Shown piece by piece: positions 21,751 through 30,169 of a stretch of 64,000 bases of DNA. Location of the stretch: the NCBI GenBank assembly GCA_965219685.1, contig CBDCOH010000002.1, positions 32,001 to 96,000 on the forward strand. Reading direction: 5' to 3'. Below the pieces are notes generated by a model. The model saw nothing but the letters and a program-made list of their open reading frames with translations. It had not been told where the DNA came from and searched no databases. Both the position numbers and the translations under genes were made by a program. How positions within the stretch are numbered: position 1 is the first letter of the stretch; each line of letters begins with the position of its first letter. The DNA comes from Candidatus Spongiisociaceae bacterium. GTDB taxonomy: Bacteria; Actinomycetota; Acidimicrobiia; Spongiisociales; Spongiisociaceae.

Positions 21751-23610
21751 CTAGTTGAAGTCTGAGCGGGCGGGAGACGCCCACGCAGTGGTAACCGCAA
21801 GCTTGAACGAAGCGTCTACACCGGCACGACGTGCGAGTCCAACAGCACGCATCGTGGATTCTGGTTCCGCGACGAGGAGTCGGCTCCAAGCGTCGATGAT
21901 CTTGGACCATTTCGCGTTGTATCTCCGCGCCCAGCGTTCTTTGCGCCAACCACCGGTCAGGTCACCGCCACGCGGAGCGGGTGCCGAGACGCGGTTACCG
22001 GGTGCGCTGCCCCGGTTCGGCAGGTCCACCCAGGTGACCGGGTCGAACACACACCACCACCGGCCATCGTGAATCTCGAGGCGGATCCGCACCGCTTCCG
22101 CGAAGGGAAACCCCAATCGGGGGACCTTCCCAAGAAGAGCGTCGCTGTACGCCTGCTCCAGAGGGTGGAGCAACCGGCGGTCAGCCTTACGCGTAGCGGC
22201 ACCAAGGCGTGGGTTGGTCCGCGCAACGGTCACCACGTGTCCCCGCCGTCTCAACCTCGGACGAAGCGGACGCCCACGGGCGAGGGCGCGAACAAGCGCT
22301 TCATAAACTAGACCGAAAGCCCACGAATCGGTGTGGGGATCGAGCGGTTTCTCCCCATTGAGTTCGGCACCCCACTGCTTGAATGCCTTCAACAAGTCCT
22401 CATCCGCGCCGAACGCGGCTATCTCTTGTCCGCGTGCGGCGACAATCCCGCGGAACCTTCCTGCCTTGAGAGCTTTGCGAGCCTCCCCGCTTGTTACCGG
22501 TCGGCGGACCACTAGCCGACGTGCTGTGTGGGGTAGTTCCAATACAGGAAGTGCTGAGCAGCGAAGCACGGGGAAAGTGGTTGTCTCTACCCGTTGTGAC
22601 AGGTCAACAGGTTGGAGGACCGGCTCCGGGCGGGATTGCAGCACATGGTCCGCCAGCAGCGGGGGAAGAGAGATCTGGTCACAAATGTCAGCTGCCAACT
22701 CGTCGAACGTCTCCGCCTCGACGAGGCGGGCATCTATCCCTCTGCTGCGGGCGCCGTCTAGGAACTCGTGGACGGAGTCGAGCGGGTCGCGGCCAGACCG
22801 GACAACCCACCTAACCCCGCTCGGGAACGGAGACTGCCCTTCCAAAGCGTTGGTCAGGGCGCTCATCACCGAGTCGTCCCGGCCGCTGTATCCAACCACC
22901 ACCAGACCGAACCTGTTCGCTGCCCCGGTCAGAACCCGCCGCAGCTGCTGATCCTGGTCCCGCAGTTCCTCTCTGGTGTTCTTAAGCCGGGTCGACTGAT
23001 AGTCACCATGCAGCTTCACCAGCAGCGGCCAGTCAGAATCACGTAGACAGCGATGACCGATTCCAACCGAGTCAAGAGTCGCAACCGCCAAGTCGGAACG
23101 CGTTCCGACAGGCGCACACTCCGCCGCGACGGGCACCGCCTGCTCAATCAACTGATCGAAGTTCGTTGTGAACAGAGACGGCAACTGGCCGGAGACGACC
23201 ATCGCGGCCAGCAAGCGATGCCCGAACGTCGGTTTGCCACGGCGAACACAGTCTGCGATGTAGGCACGCCGATCATTAACATCGGGAAACACCGCCTCGA
23301 ACGCCGCTGCGTATTCTGCCGGATCCCCTTTAGGGGGAAGCCCATGGGAATTGTCGAAGTGGGCCGTGATCCGCTCCTCCCAAACAGGATCCGACGGATC
23401 GATTTGATGCCGAGGTATGCCCACTTCCGAGCAGAACAGCCGACTCCTGAAATCTGAGATCATGTCATAGCCTGTGGGGACACCGCCCGCGGCGGACGCG
23501 CCCGCACCGACCAACCACATATACGCGGGTGCTCTCACAGCGAATGAACGAGCGAACTCCACCGAGGTCAACCGACCGACCCACACCACCTGCTGCTTCT
23601 CCTCACCCAC
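21751..23610 (-). CDS. SIR2-domain NADase with probable C-terminal APAZ domain (SPARSA effector)
   Basis: VGAGAS, FTTNFD, KLHGD, VVGYSGRD; ends 2 bp before the pAgo start; APAZ inferred from size and context. Confidence 0.88.
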   Translation of the reverse strand: MGEEKQQVVWVGRLTSVEFARSFAVRAPAYMWLVGAGASAAGGVPTGYDMISDFRSRLFCSEVGIPRHQIDPSDPVWEERITAHFDNSHGLPPKGDPAEYAAAFEAVFPDVNDRRAYIADCVRRGKPTFGHRLLAAMVVSGQLPSLFTTNFDQLIEQAVPVAAECAPVGTRSDLAVATLDSVGIGHRCLRDSDWPLLVKLHGDYQSTRLKNTREELRDQDQQLRRVLTGAANRFGLVVVGYSGRDDSVMSALTNALEGQSPFPSGVRWVVRSGRDPLDSVHEFLDGARSRGIDARLVEAETFDELAADICDQISLPPLLADHVLQSRPEPVLQPVDLSQRVETTTFPVLRCSALPVLELPHTARRLVVRRPVTSGEARKALKAGRFRGIVAARGQEIAAFGADEDLLKAFKQWGAELNGEKPLDPHTDSWAFGLVYEALVRALARGRPLRPRLRRRGHVVTVARTNPRLGAATRKADRRLLHPLEQAYSDALLGKVPRLGFPFAEAVRIRLEIHDGRWWCVFDPVTWVDLPNRGSAPGNRVSAPAPRGGDLTGGWRKERWARRYNAKWSKIIDAWSRLLVAEPESTMRAVGLARRAGVDASFKLAVTTAWASPARSDFN

Positions 23611-23977
23611 CCGCCTCAGCGGGACACTGCTTCAACGACCGCCGAATATAACCGCAGTCTGTGACTGAACCGATCCTTTCTGTTCTTCACCACCGGATTC
23701 ATGACCGCCGCCGAGGTCACGAAGCTTGCCGTCACCGCCAATACCACAACACCCAACCGCGTCTTCTTCGAACCCAGAGGGCGTGGGCTCTTCGGCAGAT
23801 CTCTCGCCGAGAAGCCAACATGTCCCTGTCAGCAACGGAATCTCGCCGTCCATCGGACGGCAATCGAAGGTTCGGTGTTCGCTCGACTCTCAGGCCAATG
23901 ACACTGCCACCTACCCAGAAGAGTTCCCGCCGGCGCGGCGGCCGGTGTCACACACCGTGGTTGGCGGTTTCCCCGGC

Positions 23978-24274
23978 ATGATCCGGTTCTGGAATCCTCA
24001 GGGATCTGCCTCATGCATATGCGGCGTCTCCGGCTGGCTAGCCGCTACGAATTGGTTCAGCGGGCACAACTGGAGATTGTTGCTGGTGTCGTTCGTTGTT
24101 TTCGCACTGGGAGCAGTACTTGCCAAGAGGGGGATTGCCCGCGGTTACCGCGGAGTCGACCGAATCCTGCCAGTCGCGGGGGCGGTGCTCAACCTGGCAG
24201 GGAGCCTTGCAATCCTACTTCCCGCGATCATTTGGTCCACCGTCTTTGGCGTGAACAGGAGACGTCGGCGGTGA
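23978..24274 (+). CDS. Small hypothetical membrane protein
   Basis: 98 aa with 2-3 hydrophobic segments and a basic tail; no family recognised. Confidence 0.35.
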   Translation: MIRFWNPQGSASCICGVSGWLAATNWFSGHNWRLLLVSFVVFALGAVLAKRGIARGYRGVDRILPVAGAVLNLAGSLAILLPAIIWSTVFGVNRRRRR

Positions 24275-24706
24275 TGGAGTCGGTTCCGGGGACCGACGAC
24301 AGGAAGGAACCCACTGTGGACCGACCTGTCGAACCCTGCCCAGCAATCAGGCTCCGACGCGAGCCGACCGACTCCTCTGATCCTTACCACCGGGATCGCC
24401 CAGATCCGCGGGGTCTGCTCGGGATGACCGGCTCGACGGGCGTTCGCATACCCCCGGCGGCACGAGGGTATGGGTCGACGCCGCCATCGATTCGTTTCAT
24501 GGCTCCGTGACGCCGGAGGTGCCCCGGAACGCACCGCCGAGCACCGCTCGACGTCGTCCGGCCTGAGCGAGTGCCACCACCACGAGATCGATGCCTTGAT
24601 CTTTTGAGGGATCGGGACGAGCGGACGGTAGCGCTCCTGGCTGAGCCAGTGCTGCCTCCACTCCCGTCTGGAGATCTAGTCAATCACCGATGTCTAAGGT
24701 TGTAGG

Positions 24707-25393
24707 ATGACATCTCGGCCTCACTACTACGGGCACCGCGAACGGCTCCGGGTACGATTCCTCAGGAGCGGGCTCTCGGGTTTCGCCGAGCATGAAGTCA
24801 TAGAGTTACTCCTGACCCTCGCTATACCTCGGTCCGACGTGAAGATGCCTGCGAAGGCGCTGCTCGCGCGCTTCGGCAGCTTTCGAGGGGTACTCGACGC
24901 GCCGGTTGCCGAGTTGCAATCGGTGAAGGGTATCGGCAGGGTGAGCGCTATCACCCTTCATATCATCCGGGAGTCGGCAACGCTCTACTTGCAGGAAGCC
25001 TCCGAAGGCGCGGAAGTCCTTCGAGGGGCGAGTCGGCTGAGCGACTTTTGGCGCATGCGGATTGGAGGGCTCAAACACGAAGTGTTCGCAGTGGCTTACC
25101 TGGATTCCGCATATCGGCTGCTTCGAAACGGCGTCGAAACGCTCCAGGAGGGAACCATCGATCGCGCCGCGGTGTATCCCCGACGTGTCGTGGAGGCTGC
25201 GCTCAAGCGCCAGGCGGCGGCCTTGGTGCTCGCCCACAACCACCCCAACGGCGTCGTCGAGCCGACCGAGCACGACAAGATCGTCACCCGGGCCATCGTG
25301 CTGGCGGCCGATACCATCAGCCTCAGAGTGGTCGACCACCTGATCGTGTCGCCGCGCGAGGCATTCAGCTTTCGGGAGGCCGGACTCCTGTGA
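24707..25393 (+). CDS. radC: RadC-family JAB/MPN domain protein (full length, with HhH)
   Basis: GHRERLR, GIG HhH, HEVF, GTID, AHNHPNG, VVDHLIV. Confidence 0.93.
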   Translation: MTSRPHYYGHRERLRVRFLRSGLSGFAEHEVIELLLTLAIPRSDVKMPAKALLARFGSFRGVLDAPVAELQSVKGIGRVSAITLHIIRESATLYLQEASEGAEVLRGASRLSDFWRMRIGGLKHEVFAVAYLDSAYRLLRNGVETLQEGTIDRAAVYPRRVVEAALKRQAAALVLAHNHPNGVVEPTEHDKIVTRAIVLAADTISLRVVDHLIVSPREAFSFREAGLL

Positions 25394-28254
25394 ACATCGC
25401 TCCGGCCATCCTCGAGCACTACCCGGAGCTCAACGATGCCCAACGGCGGATCATCGGTCACCTGGACGGCCCCCTGCTGGTGATCGCCGGGCCCGGCTCC
25501 GGCAAGACCTACAGCATCGTCCTGCGGACCATGAACCTTCTGTTGCTGGAGCGGGCCGAGCCCAAGGAGGTGGTGCTGTGCACCTTCACCGAGAAGGCCG
25601 CGCTCGAGATGCGCCACCGGGTGGGGATGGCCGCCCATAAGGTCGGATACCAATCCGACCTTTCCGAGTTGACGATCTCGACGATTCACGGTTTCTGTAA
25701 CCAACTCCTGATGCGCCACCGGCACCGGACACCGCTCGGACACAACTACGAGACCCTCGACGAACTCACGCAGCTTCTCTTCATCTTCGAACACTTTGAT
25801 GAGATTGTCGGCTTGCGCGAGGGCGAACTGTTCCTTACTCGGTGGAGGACACGATGGACGGCAATCGAAGGGGCCCGCGGATACTTCAACAAGATAACGG
25901 AAGAAATGGTCGACCCCTGCCTGCTCGCGACTTCCGACGATCCCTTCCTGAGGGCGATCGGCAGTGCCTACCGGAGCTACGCAAAGTGCCTTCTCGCCAC
26001 CAATCGGGTCGACTTCGCCCATCTGCAGAGGCTCGCCTACGACATGCTCGATGATCCGGCGACCGCCGATGCGGTGTCCCCCGGCCTCCGCTATGTGATG
26101 GTGGACGAGTACCAGGACACCAACTACATCCAGGAACAACTTCTCATGCGAATCACGAGGGCGGACAGCAACCTCTGCGTGGTCGGGGACGAAGATCAGA
26201 GCCTCTACCGCTTCCGGGGCGCCACTGTCAGAAACATCCTGGAGTTCCACCAGCGGGTGCCGGACTGCGCCACCATCAACCTGACCACCAACTACCGATC
26301 GCATCAGGAGGTCGTAGAACGATACGACCGGTGGATGGCCTCAGCTGACTGGTCCAACCCGGAGGGTGACTCCTACCGGCACGACAAGAAAATCGTCGCC
26401 GACTCGGAGACGGAGCATCCCGACTACCCGTCCGTAGTCAGCATCTGGGGAACCACCGACCGGGATGAGGCCGAGCGGTTCGCCGATGTGGTGGAGTTCC
26501 TCAAAGAGAACGGCGTCATCGAGGACTACAGCAATGTGGCGCTGCTGCTGCACAGCGTGCGGGATGCCCATAGCGGTCGGTACCTGAAGGCCCTACAGGC
26601 CAAGGGCATTCCGGCGTTCTGCCCTCGGGCGCGCGCCTTCTTTGACATCCCTGAGATCAGCAGGCTGGTCGGCTGCTACGCGGTGTTGTTCGGATGGCAT
26701 GGCGGTGGACGTGGCGACGTCGGCGGGGCCGTGTGGCGCTTGGCAAAATATGTGGACCGGGCGCTCGTCGATCTCGGTAAGAACTTCGGCTCCACCCATC
26801 CGCTCGCCCAGGGGCTCAAGAAGTGGAGGGCCGAGATCGACGCGCTCCAGGAGGGCGAGACCCTCGATCTCCGGCCCGTCGACTACTTCTACCGCCTGCT
26901 CGCGCTGACGCCGTTCAAAGAGGCTGTCGGAGACGAGAACACCGCTGGCAACCTGGCGATCTTCTCTCAACTCCTCCATGCCTTCCAGAACTATTACCAC
27001 TACCCGGTTATTACACATCGAAACCGTACGTACCTCCGCCTACATTTCTTCAACAGCTTCTTACGCCTCTTGTACACGGGCGGCATCAACGAGTATGAGG
27101 ATCCAGACCAGCCCTTCCCCAAGGGGCATGTGCAGGTGATGACGATCCACCAAGCCAAGGGGCTGGAGTTCCCCGTAGTGGTGGTCGGCTCGCTTGCTAC
27201 ACAGACCCGGAGTGCCAAGCAGATCGACCGGGATCTCAACCCGTTCTATCACCGGTCGCCTTTCGAGCCCGAGGATCGCATCACCCTATTCGACCGGATG
27301 AGGTTGCACTATGTGGCATTCTCCAGACCGGAGAAGCTGCTGGTGCTCACGTCCCCCGAGCAGCCGAAGGGCCACTTCGCCTCCATCTGGCAGGGGCTTC
27401 CCCAGTGGCCGTACGTGCGCAGGGATCTCCTCGCGGCGCAGCGATTCTCGGGCAGCGAACGCCTCCCGGTCAAGAAGACGTACAGCTTCACCGGAGACCT
27501 CAAGATCTACGAGACCTGCCCTCGCCAGTATCAGTTCTTCAGGGAATACGACTTCACCCCTTCCCGTTCGGCGGTGATCTTCTTCGGCCTGTTGGTGCAC
27601 CAGTCCATCGAGGAGATACATCGCTTCGCCCTCGACGGACAGTTGCACACGCTGGACGAAACAGCCATTCGCGACCTGTTCGATCGGACCTTCCACTTCT
27701 TGCGCCTAACCCAGACCCGTCCCATCGGGGTCCGGGCCAGGGAGGCGGCCTTCCGCCAGGTGATGAACTACTTCCATCAGAACCAGGACCAGATGCATCG
27801 GATCATCGAGACCGAGGTGGACGTCTCGTTGGAGAAGGACGACTACATCCTCACCGGGAAGGTCGATCTGCTCCTCGGCGGGGACGGCAAACTCGAGCTA
27901 CTGGACTTCAAGACCTCGCCCCGCCCCCAGGATAGCCCAGAACTGATAGCCGGCTACGAGCGCCAACTGTGCACCTACGCGCACATCGTGGAACAGCGCC
28001 ACGGTCGGCGCGTTGACCGGCTACTGCTCTACTGGACCTCGGAGGAGCGCCGCGAGGACGCCCTCATGGTCCTCCCGTACCGCCCCGATCGGGTGAAGGA
28101 GGCCGGGCGCCACTTTGACGAAACCGTTCGCCTCATCAGAGCCGGAGAGTTCTCCGTCGTGACGCCGCCCGAAGCGGCGATCTGTGGGGAGTGTGACCTG
28201 CGTATGCTTTGTCACGCCGAGGGTATCATCGGTGGATCGACTCTCCCGGCATGA
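25390..28254 (+). CDS. UvrD/Rep-type SF1 helicase fused to a C-terminal PD-(D/E)XK nuclease with probable Fe-S cluster
   Basis: AGPGSGKT, VDEYQD, VGDEDQS, NYRS, MTIHQAKGLEF, YVAFSR; CPRQY...GKVDL...DFKT...QLCTY...CGECDLRMLC. Confidence 0.92.
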   Translation: MNIAPAILEHYPELNDAQRRIIGHLDGPLLVIAGPGSGKTYSIVLRTMNLLLLERAEPKEVVLCTFTEKAALEMRHRVGMAAHKVGYQSDLSELTISTIHGFCNQLLMRHRHRTPLGHNYETLDELTQLLFIFEHFDEIVGLREGELFLTRWRTRWTAIEGARGYFNKITEEMVDPCLLATSDDPFLRAIGSAYRSYAKCLLATNRVDFAHLQRLAYDMLDDPATADAVSPGLRYVMVDEYQDTNYIQEQLLMRITRADSNLCVVGDEDQSLYRFRGATVRNILEFHQRVPDCATINLTTNYRSHQEVVERYDRWMASADWSNPEGDSYRHDKKIVADSETEHPDYPSVVSIWGTTDRDEAERFADVVEFLKENGVIEDYSNVALLLHSVRDAHSGRYLKALQAKGIPAFCPRARAFFDIPEISRLVGCYAVLFGWHGGGRGDVGGAVWRLAKYVDRALVDLGKNFGSTHPLAQGLKKWRAEIDALQEGETLDLRPVDYFYRLLALTPFKEAVGDENTAGNLAIFSQLLHAFQNYYHYPVITHRNRTYLRLHFFNSFLRLLYTGGINEYEDPDQPFPKGHVQVMTIHQAKGLEFPVVVVGSLATQTRSAKQIDRDLNPFYHRSPFEPEDRITLFDRMRLHYVAFSRPEKLLVLTSPEQPKGHFASIWQGLPQWPYVRRDLLAAQRFSGSERLPVKKTYSFTGDLKIYETCPRQYQFFREYDFTPSRSAVIFFGLLVHQSIEEIHRFALDGQLHTLDETAIRDLFDRTFHFLRLTQTRPIGVRAREAAFRQVMNYFHQNQDQMHRIIETEVDVSLEKDDYILTGKVDLLLGGDGKLELLDFKTSPRPQDSPELIAGYERQLCTYAHIVEQRHGRRVDRLLLYWTSEERREDALMVLPYRPDRVKEAGRHFDETVRLIRAGEFSVVTPPEAAICGECDLRMLCHAEGIIGGSTLPA

Positions 28255-28292
28255 CAAGGATCACCTTCTGAGGTAGGACAACGAGGTTGATA

Positions 28293-30167
28293 ATGGCCAA
28301 GATCGACATCACCAAGACCGAGCTGGTCTGGCCCGGCAAGTACAACGAGGACGGCACCCTCAACGAGGCGCCGCGGGTCAGTCTGCCCTTCCAGGTAATC
28401 GAGACCGTCAACGAGAGCCGGGCAACTCGCGAAGTACGGAAGCCGAAGACGATGACGCTTTTCGATATATACGAGCCTCAGGAGGGCGACACGTTCGAGG
28501 AGGGTTGGAGGAACAAACTAATCTGGGGTGACAACCTAGTCGTGATGAACTCCCTTCTCGAAACCTTCGCCGGGAAGATCAAGCTGATCTATATTGATCC
28601 ACCATTCGCCACTGGACTCGACTTTTCTTTTGAAGCACCAGTTGGAGAGAAGAACCAGAAGGTAGCGAAGGAACAATCGATAATTGAAGAGAAGGCTTAC
28701 CGTGACACTTGGGGATTGGGTGTTCAGTCATACATAGAGATGTTATATCGGCGGCTCCAACTCATGCGGGAGTTGCTTACACCCGATGGCAGCATCTACG
28801 TCCACTGTGACTGGCATGTCAACGCCTATATACGCCTCATGTTGGACGAGCTCTTTGGGCAAAGTAACTTCCGGAATAGTATAGTCTGGCACTATTACAA
28901 TAAGTATTCGGCAGCTTCACACTGTTTACCGCGTGCTCATGACGACATTTTCTTTTATTCTCGTAGTGAGAACGTTTCACTCAATGAAATTCGAGAAAAG
29001 AGGGATAAGCCAGTAAGACAACTTGTTCGAGAGAATGTCGGTGGAGTACTGAAGAATGCTAGAGATGCAGACGGAAACCTACTTTACCGTATGTCTTACG
29101 ACAAAAAAATTGATGATGTATGGAGGATCCCACAGCTACAACCAGCATCAAAGGAGTGGACTGGCTATTCAACACAAAAGCATCACGATCTTCTAGACCG
29201 TATTATTCGATCTTCATCAAAGAGGGGCGACTTGGTGGCCGATTTCTTTTGCGGATCTGGAACTACAATCGCCGTTGCAGAGAAGCTAGGTCGTCGTTGG
29301 ATCGGTTGTGATCTTGGGCGTTGGGGCGTCCATGTCACCCGCAAGCGGCTTCTTGATATCGAGGATTGCAGACCGTTCGAGTTGCTGAATCTTGGCAAGT
29401 ACGAGCGGCAATACTGGCAGCGATTAACTTTTGGTACAAGAGGCGGATCGACTTCGGAGCGTACACTCTACGAGTACTTGATATTCATTCTCAAGCTATA
29501 CGGTGCAGAGCCTATTGCCGGGACGGCCTATGTTCATGGTAAGAAAGGTGCGGCCATGGTCCACATTGGTGCAGTGGACGCTCCGGTAACAATTGACGAA
29601 ATCAATAACGCTATTGATGAATGCGTCAAGCTTAGGCAAGACGTGTTGCATGTGCTGGGATGGGAATGGGAGATGGGCCTAGCTGGACCGAACGCAAATG
29701 TAGGCAGGGGTGGACTGATGCACGACCTCGCCCGACAGAAAGGGGTAAAGCTCCTTCTCTTCCAGATTCCTCGTGAGGTGATGGAACAGCATGAGGCTGA
29801 TATCAGTAGCGTGCGCTTTTTCGAGTTGGCTCATCTCAGGGCAACAATGGAGCATTCAGAGGGACTCACCGTGCAGGCGAGGCTTGAGGACTTTGTCATC
29901 CCAAACACCGAGCTAATACCAGATGATGTGAGGAAAAAGATTGACAAGTGGTCTGACTATATCGACTATTGGGCGGTCGACTGGGACTTCCAGAACGATA
30001 CCTTTATGCAGGGATGGGTAACGTACCGCACACGCCGGGATCGAACGCTCTCCCTCACCTCCGACTCGCACACTTATCCGCAGACTGGCAGGTACAGGGT
30101 TCTAATCAAAGTAATCGACATCTTCGGCAACGACACTTCCCAGGCCTTCGACATCGAGGTGGGTTGA
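28293..30167 (+). CDS. mod: Type III restriction-modification methyltransferase (Mod-like, beta class)
   Basis: LIWGDNL, IYIDPPF, then TQK and DFFCGSGTT; AT-richer central TRD; C-terminal KVIDIFGND. Confidence 0.9.
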   Translation: MAKIDITKTELVWPGKYNEDGTLNEAPRVSLPFQVIETVNESRATREVRKPKTMTLFDIYEPQEGDTFEEGWRNKLIWGDNLVVMNSLLETFAGKIKLIYIDPPFATGLDFSFEAPVGEKNQKVAKEQSIIEEKAYRDTWGLGVQSYIEMLYRRLQLMRELLTPDGSIYVHCDWHVNAYIRLMLDELFGQSNFRNSIVWHYYNKYSAASHCLPRAHDDIFFYSRSENVSLNEIREKRDKPVRQLVRENVGGVLKNARDADGNLLYRMSYDKKIDDVWRIPQLQPASKEWTGYSTQKHHDLLDRIIRSSSKRGDLVADFFCGSGTTIAVAEKLGRRWIGCDLGRWGVHVTRKRLLDIEDCRPFELLNLGKYERQYWQRLTFGTRGGSTSERTLYEYLIFILKLYGAEPIAGTAYVHGKKGAAMVHIGAVDAPVTIDEINNAIDECVKLRQDVLHVLGWEWEMGLAGPNANVGRGGLMHDLARQKGVKLLLFQIPREVMEQHEADISSVRFFELAHLRATMEHSEGLTVQARLEDFVIPNTELIPDDVRKKIDKWSDYIDYWAVDWDFQNDTFMQGWVTYRTRRDRTLSLTSDSHTYPQTGRYRVLIKVIDIFGNDTSQAFDIEVG

Positions 30168-30169
30168 TC

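Noticed and set aside
25048-25389. N-terminal extensions in the ORF track (helicase from 25048, res from 29969, MscS from 52613, cupin from 49753, cyclodeaminase from 3350)
   Set aside because: They overlap upstream genes; better starts with coupling or promoter signals lie downstream.
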